The translations under genes and the position numbers were made by a program. Under the pieces are notes generated by a model. It made no database searches. It had not been told where the DNA came from and saw only the letters and a list, made by a program, of their open reading frames with translations. A stretch of 63,998 bases of DNA, filler included, from Atractiella rhizophila (Eukaryota), in the NCBI GenBank assembly GCA_021432655.1. It is 4 parts of 4 records of this genome, joined end to end, with 100 filler letters (N's around TTAATTAATTAA, not from the genome) between each part and the next. Parts side by side here need not be neighbours in the genome. Positions count along the whole stretch, not along the records: positions 1 to 12,587 come from MU271880.1; 3 more parts are not named here. One strand, written 5' to 3'. Below are positions 1 through 10,795 of the stretch, piece by piece (position 1 is the stretch's first letter; every line of letters starts with the position of its first letter).

Positions 1-409
1 TCCCCTTCCTCTTCCTCTTGGGGTCTCGCTTTCTCACCGCCTCTCCTTTCAACAACAATCCGCCCGGTTCCACATTACTCTGTTTCTCCGAATCCACCTC
101 CATCTTCTCTGCATCCCCATTCACATTCTCCACACCCGTCACACCATTTCCATAAGTCTCCGTTCCCTCATCCCACCCCGCCAACCTCCTTCTCTTATTC
201 GCTCGCTCTCGTTCCAGCTCGACACCTTCCAGCCGTCGATTCCACCACGACTGCTTCTCGGTCTTGCAGAAGTTGGCGGCGACGTTCTTCGCGTTCAGGT
301 ACCCGATGACATGGTAGGTCGTGTATTTGAAGGAGACGGTAGGGATGGCAGGGCTGTCTGGTGGGGCTTGGGCGGAGGGAGCTGGTGCGGTGGCTTTCTT
401 CTTGGGCAT
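1..409 (-). CDS. 5' end of a probable actin-related protein Arp8 (INO80 subunit); runs off the window
   Basis: Open frame from ATG at 409 to the window edge: MPKKKATAPAPSAQAPPDSPAIPTVSFKYTTYHVIGYLNAKNVAANFCKTEKQSWWNRR...; the YTTYHV...NAKN...KTEKQ segment resembles the fungal Arp8 N-terminal extension (from memory); NLS-like KRRR. Confidence 0.45.
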   Translation of the reverse strand, partial: MPKKKATAPAPSAQAPPDSPAIPTVSFKYTTYHVIGYLNAKNVAANFCKTEKQSWWNRRLEGVELERERANKRRRLAGWDEGTETYGNGVTGVENVNGDAEKMEVDSEKQSNVEPGGLLLKGEAVRKRDPKRKRKG

Positions 410-1098
410 TTTGATGATCTAATTGTAGAAAGGCGTGGAATGTATTAGTCTGATGATCTCTTTTGAACCAAGCGGCACTGTTGAGGTTCAAAGTATTGAA
501 CAGCTGGAATGTTCTTCTGCCAATTGCCCGCGTGCCCTTTGCTTGAAGAAGAGAGGCTCACTTAAGAATTTATACAACTTGACTTTCTCGTTCACCCAGT
601 GGCTGTTACAATTTTAAATCAGAAAGAGAGGTTCTCGCACTTTTTGTGTTTCCTATGTTTATCGCGTTGTCTCTCGCATTCAGTCACTACCCGCCTGACT
701 AACGAGCGTGATCTTCCGTGACTAACCTCACGACAGGTTGTGTTCCACGTGTTTTGCTCCACGCGTTTGTTGCCATCAATCAATATTTATTTCAAGACGT
801 GCTGGACACCATCTTATAAGCAAGCTTGTTTCTCTTTTCAGCTTCCCCTACTGTATATTCTTGGCTTGTTCCCCACTCCCCTTTCTCAGAGTGAACAACG
901 TGTTGAGTGCGGGATAACACCAGTCGAGGTGAACAGTCGCAGCTGAGGCTAAGAAACGAGCAACGCGCGGTGCATCACGCTCTCTATCAGCCAACAACCG
1001 AGTCCGCAGATCATATAAGTACTGATTACCCCGCTTTCACCTCACTCACTGGCAATCTTCTCGACTTCGTTCTTTCAGCGTCGGACCTTCCTTTGAAC

Positions 1099-2613
1099 AT
1101 GAAATCAGCCATCCTCTCTTTGTCGCTCGCCGCTCTGGCCCTCGCTTCCCCTTTGGAAATCTCACAGAAGAGGGCGACCGTGTGTAATGGACGTAGTGAG
1201 CTGTGTGGGAGGAGTTATGGGAACACGACATTTTTGATGTGTGAGTTCCCTCTTCCCCTTTTGTGATCGCTTGCTTGCCTGGAATCATGTCAAGTACGAC
1301 GGCTCTATCTGGTGTGGCGCTGTCTTCATGGACACGATTTCTCAGCGCAGGATTGTTCCTGACACCATTTTATCTTAGAAGCTTTGGTGTCAAAGCAACA
1401 TCCTTTGATCCTCTGTACAGGATCCTGCAAAATGTTCTCTCGGCTTTCTTGCCTCCATGATGTATAAAACTTGAGTGCAGTTCTGAACCGATCATTTGCT
1501 GCAGCACACGACTCCTACGCGATCTCGACGAACGTCCTCAACCCAGCGCGAAACCAGCAAGTGTCCATTGCGGACCAGCTAGGGTTTGTGTTCCCGCTTT
1601 CTCGATTGTAACTTCCTCCTTACTGTTCGATATCAGGAAATACGGAGTGCGAGCTCTCCAAGCCCAAGCACATATGAGCGGCGGAGTGCTCAAGTTCTGT
1701 CACACATCCTGCGTCCGTCGTCCCTCCTCCTCCCATCCTCGTGCTTCACACTCTGATCGTGATGACCCACAGCTCCTCTTCGACGGCGGATCCGTTGTCG
1801 ACTACCTCAAGAAGGTGAAGACTTTCATCGACGCGAACCCAAACGAGGTCTACACGTTGCTCTTCACGAACCCGGAATCCGTCGCGCTCTCGACGTGGGA
1901 CCAGGCCTTTGTTGATTCTGGCATCAAGCCGTTGACGTATGTGCCGCCCAAGTATCCGTTGAAGAGCAGCGAGTGGCCCACGCTTGGGTCCATGATCGAC
2001 AGCGGAAAGAAAGTCGTGGTGTTCATGGACTACGGGGCGAACACGAATGCGTACCCGTACATCCTTCCCGAGTTCGACTTCATGTGGGAACCTCCGTTCA
2101 GCGTGACCGATCCTAGCTTCCCGTTCGTTCTCCTCTCCCTCCACCCCATCCAACCTTCAATCCTCATTCATTCTTCAATACTGACTCTAATTTCACAGAT
2201 GCAAAGTGGACCGAATCTCTGGATCCCTCTCCGTACAAGACCATCTGTACATGATAAACCACAACCTGAACGTGAAGCTCATCTCCCTTCCCTTCCGCAA
2301 CTCCTCCGCCGTCGCCCAAGACATGCTCTCCCGCGGCGTCCCCCTCTCCGCCCTGACCGGCGCCTCCACCTCCCCTCTCGGTCTCAGCGCTCGCGCCTCC
2401 GACGACGACGTCGTCGAATTAGAGAAGAGGGCGACGGAGGTCCTCGTGCCCGACTTCTTTAATGCCGGAACGACGAACTCCCAGGCTTCGATCCTTTCGA
2501 ATGTGAACGGCTGCGCGCCACTCGCGGGTGGGAAGGCGACGAGCTTCGTGATGATCGATTGGGTCGATATTGGAGCGGGGAAAGCGACGGTTGATAAACT
2601 CAACGGCTTTTGA
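1099..2613 (+). CDS. Secreted PLC-like phosphodiesterase (PI-PLC X/TIM-barrel type), multi-exon
   Basis: Signal peptide MKSAILSLSLAALALASP, Kex2 site QKR, CNGRSELCGRSY, spliced SHDSYA (intron 1241-1504), RALQAQAH, FCHTSC, NPNEVYTLLFTN, VVVFMDYGA, YMINHNLN; stop at 2613. Confidence 0.9.
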
Positions 2614-2704
2614 AAAGTCTTGAAGGCCCATCCTTTGGGCTTGAGTTGCAATTGCAACGAAAGAGGGTTTGCGGTTTGGTGCGAATTTTGAATAATAACT
2701 GTCG

Positions 2705-2779
2705 TTCTGATGTTTTTGCAAATTGATACCCATTTTATCACATTCTGATGTTTTTGCAAAATTGATACCTATTTTATCA
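2705..2779. repeat. Two-copy ~37-bp tandem duplication in the 3' region of the PLC-like gene
   Basis: ttctgatgtttttgcaaattgatacccattttatca followed by ttctgatgtttttgcaaaattgatacctattttatca. Confidence 0.9.
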
Positions 2780-3194
2780 TGATCGTCGACCTTTCGCCTC
2801 CATCATTTCAAAACCCGAATGTCAAGCTTTTGATAAATCAATTGGATTGTCAGGACAAAATACATGGGATTTCAAGCAACCTACTCCATTCCTCCTTCCC
2901 TTCACGTTCGATAGTCAGACTGAGACGATGGTAACCAAAGATCTTCACACTTTTCAAGACGACATCTGGGTAGAAGTGACGGGTGTGTCTCAAGATAAAT
3001 TCCTACCTTTAGACCTCATGGAGCTTCATGTGCGGTGAGGAGAACAGAATCAACTGCAACGAAGTTTAAACGAAATTTCAAGCTCAGATTTTGGACAGAG
3101 GTGTTCAGCCGCGACATTTATAGCATGCGATATGTCTGCAGCAAATTTTGAAAAATGTGCGCGACGTGACCAGGATCCAAGATTTTTGATTCGC

Positions 3195-4457
3195 TTATAA
3201 GACCCATTGGAAGGTAACTCCGTGTGTCTGGAAAATATAGTCCCAACGTTCGAGCTCTTCGTCAGCAAATTGAACTTCTAGTGGGAAGTGAATTTCCAGA
3301 TTGGAAAGAGATGGCGGCGTGCTGATGATGGTGGAAAGCCACAGAGAAAAATTGACTGATGTTCCTGTAACGTGGTCTAGAATCAATGTGCGCAAAGCAG
3401 GTGGAAAATATCCTTTCGATCCTCGGTCCCACGCAATCAGATGCAACCCGCTGAGGCAGAGGAGTTGCAAATTGTCGCACTCGAGCAGGAGCGCATAGAA
3501 TTGGTTGCAAAGCGTTTGTCTTATGCTTTTGTTCGTCGTCATTTGATCGTTCCTCAGCTCTTCGCCAGACAGCCGCAAACTTTTGATTGACTGTTTAATC
3601 CTTCTAAGCAGAGGAAATAAAAGTTTGTCGATGCCGTGATCCAATAGAGCAAGTTCGAGGACTTGAAGAGTGGGAAAAGGCGAGTTTAGACCAAGATCGT
3701 GAACAATAACATCTTGTATCGTTGTAATACTCTCCTTGTGATTTTCCCTGTCGGCAGGCATGAGAATGGAGGTCAGACCGATTGGGAGGAGCGGCGAATT
3801 AGGAAGAGTATCTTTTCCGGACTTTGCGGAAAACGAATATGCTGGAAGTTGCATATCGAAACAGTTGTCAATCCACCCTTGGATTCCATCCACTCCAAAG
3901 AAACTCTAGTTTGGTAATGTGCGGATACTTCTGAAGTAGAGAGACCAAGAAACGCGGTTTATCATTGAAAACCTGGATGTGACGCAAAGTGCGAAAACCA
4001 AACATCTTCTCGAAGTCCGGATCATTTCTACTCGGATCACATCGGAAGTAGAAAGGAGACCAGAATGTAAGTGTTTGAATGTTTTGGCACAAATAGCACA
4101 GTTTGGCGAGAGAGAGATTGTCCATACGAGCGGCAGGGTCGATCGACTTGCTTGGTGATACTTTGATGTCAATGTCTTTCAGTCGAATGGACAGCTGTTT
4201 CACCGAGGGAGCATAGGCTGGATAAAGCTCAAAATATCGAAGGAGCTTGTCGACATCCTTGTAAGAACGTAATTCTAGTGACTCTCCACACAAAATGTGC
4301 CTCACCTATGGATGGAATAAGTCAAATACTATGTCAAGAGACTTACAATTGGTTGAACGCGTCTCGATATGCGAAGTAGCCTGAGATTTTCTGCCGTCCA
4401 ACCGTTGACTACGAAAGAGAATATCAAAGTGAGTAGCTCAGTAGGCAGGCTGTCCAT
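3195..4457 (-). pseudogene. F-box/LRR-like gene with a single frameshift near 3895
   Basis: Exon 1 MDSLPTELLTLIFSFVVNGW... (F-box motif), GT-AG intron, exon VRHILCGESLE...; ORFs 3868-4305 and 3195-3893 join (LEFL-GVDGIQGW, cf. FEILGADGDDRGW in the paralog at 7820) if one T is removed from tttctttgga. Confidence 0.75.
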
Positions 4458-4593
4458 TGCAGAGACATGTCTCGGAGTAAAGGACTCGGAAGCATTCGCA
4501 GCTCGTCCAACTTGGGGAGTGACGTGCGAATGAACCGAGGGAGTTGAACGGAGCTTGTTACATAGGTTCCGATCAAAAAGATTGAACGACTCT

Positions 4594-5050
4594 CTAAGTC
4601 TGGATCAGTTGGAAAACGGAGATGTTGCTTGCGTACTTTAAACTGGAAGGCGCGAACTGAAATTGGTCAAATGGGGCAGAAGCAGCACTCCCAGAGGCTC
4701 GAACATTTGGCAAGCTGTCTCCTGTAGCCTTATCGATTTGGGCTTTGATATTAAAGATTTGCTTTGCAATTGTGGTCCAAAAGTTCCTGAAGCCAATATC
4801 GTCAAGTGAACCATCGAATGCGATCTTCGCCTGCCACCGGACAAGCCACTGGGATAATACCAGCTCTAAGTCTTGCCAGGCAGATGTCGCCGTATCAATC
4901 CCGCTTCTCTGAGCCGTCATCGTACTGTGTGGTGCCTTAGATTGGATTGTCGGCGAATGGTTGTTGCTTGTTGATGGTCACGTCTGTGCCACTCCGTTGT
5001 TAACGTTCTAGTGGGACCAAACAACTTGAACGTCGTCGACGAGCTGGGAC
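4594..5050 (-). CDS. Hypothetical protein fragment, copy 1 of a local duplication
   Basis: ORF 4594-4920 shares NFWTTIA.Q.F.IK...KA.GD..P...AS......F..FQF..SSL with ORF 6555-7016. Confidence 0.4.
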
Positions 5051-6049
5051 GAACCTTCAATAGCTGATAGCCATGATTGAGAACCTCATATGGGTACGAG
5101 AGACTTAAGGGAGTTCTAGACGGGTGAGTTCGTCAATTCCTCTGACCATTTTTACCTTCGGGTTCTCTGATGTGAGGTGATCAAATGCAGAGACGACAAC
5201 GAACTGTGACGCCCTACCGCTCTCGGATCGCCCTCTGCACCCTCTGGATACTCTTAGCTGCTAATCCCGACCACCTCGTTAGCACTTCAACCTCAGTTTG
5301 TGAAGCACCATGACCCTTGCCGCCACCGCCAAAATCAGGTCCGTCTCACTTCTTTACCTCTTTTTCATGCTAAAGATACTTGCAGCACCATTCAAAATCT
5401 AGTACAACCACTCAAATGATGCCAAAATCCCTGCCCGAACGCCCTTCAACCTGCTCGAACGCCACCCTTTCAGCACAGAGACCTGACGCTGATTGATGCG
5501 TTATCCTCGAGGAGAGGGGTGATTCAGATGGGGGATATTAGTGTTTACAATGTTTATAAGCCGAAAAGAGAGGGTTGAAGACATTTGAGCCTAGCGAGGG
5601 AAGATCGCGAAACACAAGTCACAGCACCAACTCCCTCCCATCGCCTTTCTTGCATCTCTCCCATTGTCGCGGCACTATCTCCTAGATCCGGCCAAGACAC
5701 CTCCCTCGCTCATACCCAACCGGCGAAAGCATGCGTCAGCCGTAGAATGAACAGTAACATTCGGGATGCGACCACTGACAATTGCAAGGCAGCTCTTCGT
5801 TAGGTGAGGTGTTCTTGGACCTGACACTAGAAGGAGGGAGAATCACATTAGAAGGTTTAAATGCATCGATTCGTAAGTATTTAAATTATTTTCTTCTCGT
5901 TTTAGACTCTGGAGGTTCGCTATAAGTAGTGGCTGACGATCTAGGTTGGACTTCAAGTCGAGGGAAGGGCAGTGTCCAGATATAGAGCAACTCTATTGCA
6001 TGTTGCGTGCATATTCCTAGATTGCCACTGGAGCATGTTTTGACAAATC

Positions 6050-7250
6050 TAACAAGAGCATTTTACTTTGTCCATGACTGTTCAGAAACATGTCTGCGCA
6101 AAGGCGACATTTTGCTCTCAAAAGTAATTTTCCATCGTTGGACTTGAGGCGGGTGCAATGTCAAATTCAAAATAAGATGGATAATGTGTTTCCAGAGTGG
6201 AGAGAGCTAGTGAAGCTCGGGTGATTGTAGAAAGCCACAAAGGATGATCTCGTGAGGTTGTGTAGTCAGGTCATCGTAATATCGAGATCTTCACCTGACA
6301 CCCGCACAGTTTGGATTGACTGTTCGATCGTCCTCAGAGGTGGGAGTAAAGTTACTCAGGGCTATAACCGAACAGAGCCAGTTCAGGAGCTTAAAGAGCA
6401 GGCAATGTCGAGTTCAAACTAAGATGGCGAACCAAAATGTCCTGAATCCTCGTTACATTTTTCCTAGAACTCTGCTTAATGGCGTCTCGATAGGTGAAGT
6501 AACTTGGTGTTTCGAAGCTCCAACTGTCCACTACAAAAGAGAAATCGAAGTAGCTCATTTTCTGATGAGGAGATCCCTGTCCGAGCAGGATATATTTGCG
6601 GCTCGCCTAAGTTGGAAAATGTCATGTTGAACGAAACTTGATGCAAAGGTTCTGATTGAAAAGGTTGAATTCCTGCTTAGAATTTGTATTAGCTTGGAAA
6701 AACAAAGACGTTGTAAACTCGAAGACCCGAATTGAAAAGACTGGAAAGAGGAAGAAGTAGTCTCGGAGGCAAGATAATCAGGCACAATGTCTCCTATGGC
6801 TTTATTTACGTGAGACTTGATACTGAAAACTTGAATAGCGATTGTGGTCCAAAAATTCTGAAGAAGTATCTCCAATCGAACCATCGAATAAAATCTGTGC
6901 TCGCCACTGGACGAGTCACTGGGCAGCATCAGATCCGAGTCTCGCAAGGCGACTGCTGCCGTATGTATCCCTTCGATTCTTTGAGAAGACATGGTACTTT
7001 CTGGCACAGTCGGCATTGCTTTGACGTGCCTGGTGCTTTTGCTTTTTGGTTCAGAAGTGCAACAAGGCGCAGCAGATCAGGTGATCTCGTCTTGACAGCG
7101 AATCTGGCCTTATGGACGCACTTCCCGTTGAGTTGGTGGACACGATTTTCTCTTTCGCCGTGCTTGGATGGAATGTCGGGACCTATAGTTGGCTGTGGAT
7201 TTCTAGAAGGATTGAAAATTCCGTAAGTTTTCTGGTCACACGTTTATAAG
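6050..7250 (-). pseudogene. Degenerate duplicate of the (hypothetical ORF + F-box gene) module at 3195-5050
   Basis: ORF 6555-7016 is paralogous to 4594-4920; 6480-6560 (gcgtctcgataggtgaagtaac...gtagctca) matches F-box exon 1 at 4358-4440; 6130-6260 resembles 3240-3380; multiple stops and deletions. Confidence 0.6.
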
Positions 7251-7819
7251 TTAATTAGTTCAGGGCTTTGATGAGATTTGCTTCCACATGACAAACAGGT
7301 CTGATCTGTGATTTCATAAATGGTCTATATGCTCCTCTTAAGGAGTAAGAAAACATCCAACGAGGGGATATTGTCGTCTCGTGTTGTCCCGCACAGCTTT
7401 GTGATACAGTGCACATCCTTGCATGCTTGGATTGCAATAGTTGACAAGCTGATGTACTATTGCTATGGTCACATTTATAACAGGCTTGTCTATGATCCGT
7501 AAACAAAACCTGCCAGCATCCAGCACTCAACCAGGACAATGAGTCCACTGCTTGATAACTTCAAAACTGCCAGATGTTACAACCTTCCTCTCCTCGTGGA
7601 GTACAGCCTTGTTGATTGTTGCCATCAGTAAGCCTCATATTAAATCCAGTCTCTTGATTGGCTAGCGCTTTTATCTTGCGATAATAGTCATGTACTTCAA
7701 CTTGTATTGGTAAATGCTTATTGATAAGCCCTCTAATGGTGGAATGCTGCGATGTGCGATCAAATTATCCTGCTTCTTCATCACAGAGCTAGCAGTCTAA
7801 GAATTGGCTGCGACTTTAG

Positions 7820-8440
7820 GTGAGACGAGCCTTGTGCGAGGAACCTCCTGGCATCTTTGAGTACACCGATGTTCATAAACTGCTTCGATACCTTGCTCGA
7901 TATCCAAGCTATGCACAGTGTGTTCGACACCTTCAAATCGATCTCTACGACGAAGCTTATTACGGTTACGAATTAAATTCCAACAAGCTGGAGAACGAAC
8001 AAAACACGGCTGCTCTGTCTCAGCTCCTCCTTTTCTGCGTCAATGTCACCACACTTACATTCTGGGCCCCCTTCAACTTTTCAGGTACCAACGGTCACAT
8101 GTGGGAACTCCCCTGTTTAAGGCACATTCGAATTCTGAACACTCATCCAAACTTCCTCTTACCTCTCTTGGAGAGGTATCCCAGCATGACCACCTTCGAG
8201 ATTCTCGGAGCGGACGGAGACGATCGAGGGTGGTTAGGCAACGCTCCTGGGGTGTTTACGCTCAAATATTCAACAGAATCTTCCAAAGATGATCTACAAG
8301 CAAATGGCGTCCATGACGGTGTCCTTTCGAAGGGCCTCAGGTCAATTTTGATGCCTGCTAAAGAGTACGATTCTGCTGCGACCACCATACAAGATGTTCT
8401 CGTCAGTCTCCTACGCGATAATTTCAATCTGCCTCCTCTT
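7820..8440 (+). CDS. F-box/LRR-family paralog, middle exon; its 3' half lies in the reversed block (read 10450 back to ~9937)
   Basis: Starts after acceptor tttag with VRRALCEE...DVHKLLRY...YP.YA, aligning with the 4305 paralog through ILMPA...TTIQDV; similarity stops abruptly after LPPL at 8440. No F-box exon 1 recognisable upstream. Confidence 0.8.
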
Positions 8441-10450
8441 TGCTTAGAGTCTTCTGTCAGTGGCTCGCAATAGTTTTTTGAGTGTAAACCATGCCGGAGG
8501 GTGAAGGGTTTTTTTTTCGACGACTGTAACTATGTCTCTGGTACAGGGGGAGGTAGTGCTATTCGTTGCCGAACTTTTCGTGTTGACACCCGTTCGATCC
8601 GATACCAGAATACTTAAAACACTCAAGGAGGGAAGTTAAATTCGAAGTGATTTGGGTGTAATCGTGGACCTTCGGACAATGCCAGAGGTCTGCTTGCACG
8701 GAAAGGTCGCTAGTTTCGTCGTAACTAAGACCAAGTTGGAAATAGTTGCGACCGCTCAAGATGTTAGCGGGGCTTCTTGGCCCTCGGTTAGAGTTCGAAG
8801 AGCGCGCGAAAAAAGTTTCGAATGGGGCCTATGCGGCTGTTCCAGAAGGAAAGACAGTTTCCTCGTTGGTTAAACCTTTTGGAAGTAGGCCTGACAAGCA
8901 GGCTTTTAGACTCCCCGTCACAGCTATCCTATGATCGAGTAAACCTACCTTGATTCTCCGAGCTAAACAAGGTCGGACGATCTTAACTAGCAAGGTCCAG
9001 GTAGCTCCTATAACACTTTCTGAACTTTCCGGAATAGCTCCTCCCTTTTAAGCTAGTGTAACCTAACAGACTCACACAGCAGTGAAACGTGGGTTACAGT
9101 CAGTCGCGCAACGACTGGTTTATTGTTCCCAAAGCCGACGATGAAACTTTGCACGAGTTCGGCACATGGGATAGAGAGAGCACTCTTGTATAAAAAGATG
9201 AACGACAGGATAGTTTCAGGGATTGTAGTGAACGTCCAACTTCGCCTTATAAGGCAGACCAGGGTTCTATAGCTTTTGTTACCGAACGAACTTCGCACGT
9301 TCCTTAACTTCTAGGGTTAGCAACCGATAAGAGGAGAACCAAGCGTTGAGAGATAGTGTCACGACGGAAAGACTGCGAGGATAAAGAGTCCCTCTCCTTA
9401 CGACCGTCCTCGAGAGTTTAGTCGCAGACTGCATGGGTTTCCGCTGTATTCTAGAATAAAACTAGCAAAGGTTCATTCCACCGAGAAGTGATATCACAAA
9501 CGCTGAATATAAAAGTAGGTCGGGCTCTTAAAGCTAGTGTTGGAAGTTGATCAAGTGGTCGATAGACGTAACCGACGATTCTTCTTGCACAGTGAAGGAG
9601 TCGAAACAGAGCGAACCCGTAACTCTGTCCTTACCCAGGAAGGATAAGGACCAAGGCATACAAACATGGGAGGTGTCTTTGCTTACGACTCGTGTAGCCA
9701 CATCTGAGCGGGTCTTCCACAAAATCTCTTGCACCCACGAGACTTCCACTGTTATTGCCTCCTACTTCTGTTCCTATAGTCTTTCACGCGTCGACTATGA
9801 CGCCAGTTTCCCCCCGCAATGTTACGGGTGTAGCTCAGCTCAGAAAAACAGATTTATAGTAGAAGGTTCATGTTAGTACTAGACAGATGTTTTAAAATAC
9901 AATACAATTTGGTTGTGCTGGGAGTTTTGGGATTGAGATTCCGAAAGCGAGATGTTGTTTTACGAATATAACGTTACATTACAACATAGAAAGTTCAGAA
10001 GGAAGGTATGGGAATATGGAAAGCCGCGACTGTTGCCCTACCCTGGTTAGCTTCGACCCTTGATGGCACTAACAGCTCTATCCACCCAACTTAGAAAACT
10101 TACAGAGGAGGGTATCTCTTTATAGTTAGCTTATTGGAGGCTAAAAATAGGTTTTGCTCAAGTGCTTGTCTTCTTCACTTCATAGGTGCGCTACTGCGAA
10201 AGGTTGGTGAGTTTGGGTGAACTCGATTTACTTCGTGGACTTCTCTAAACGTCGGAAGGTCGTCAAGCATTTTTACTCGTCTAGGTCGTGGTAGCAGCCT
10301 GAGTAGACGAAGAGACATAGGCATCGGACCTAGTTACGAAAGAAGCGACGGCCTTTCAGCATCCTGAAACTAGCTTCGAACATAGACGTCCTCCTCCCCC
10401 TTGTCCTCTAGTAGCCGACATATAAGCTTTTCACGGTTAAGCTCCTAAAC
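8441..10450. other. 2010-nt block in reversed, non-complemented order (probable gap-fill artefact)
   Basis: Reading the letters backwards from 10450 without complementing gives caa atc ctc gaa ttg gca = QILELALFEYTADDLLFPLLLQIQASIKVLRLSG, the in-frame continuation after ...cct cct ctt at 8440 and matching QVLELALLDHGIDKLLFPLLRRIKQSIKSLRLSG of the paralog. Confidence 0.97.
8542..9854. CDS. Aldo-keto reductase, pyridoxal reductase (AKR8/Plr1)-like; readable only as the base complement read left to right
   Basis: Complement gives MSPSITISNGLKSTTVGKLGYGLMNF/TWKP...IDSGSTFINAGEFY...DKVFLSVKG...LDLFQPARID...EGKFDHIGLSE...VEAEYSVWS...GYSPLGRGML...QLCLAW...LPIPGS/TRPEGVLEN...GGRY...SLFV*, with canonical GT-AG introns and a few 1-nt indels. 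Confidence 0.93.
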
Positions 10451-10795
10451 NNNNNNNNNNNNNNNNNNNNNNNNNNNNNNNNNNNNNNNNNNNNNNNNNN
10501 NNNNNNNNNNNNNNNNNNNNNNNNNNNNNNNNNNNNNNNNNNNNNNNNNNNNNNNNNNNNNNNNNNNNNNNNNNNNNNNNNNNNNNNNNNNNNNNNNNNN
10601 NNNNNNNNNNNNNNNNNNNNNNNNNNNNNNNNNNNNNNNNNNNNNNNNNNNNNNNNNNNNNNNNNNNNNNNNNNNNNNNNNNNNNNNNNNNNNNNNNNNN
10701 NNNNNNNNNNNNNNNNNNNNNNNNNNNNNNNNNNNNNNNNNNNNNNNNNNNNNNNNNNNNNNNNNNNNNNNNNNNNNNNNNNNNNNNNNNNNNNN
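10451..10795. other. Assembly gap (N run)
   Basis: 345 N. Confidence 1.

Noticed and set aside
8444..9876. Short ORFs listed in the track inside the reversed blocks (also 44304-44851)
   Set aside because: Chance frames in wrong-polarity sequence.
8441..10450. A biological system of 3'->5'-encoded or mirror-image genes
   Set aside because: Both blocks abut assembly gaps, carry long-read-type indels, and flipping restores an interrupted gene to the exact base; no known chemistry yields reversed-uncomplemented DNA.
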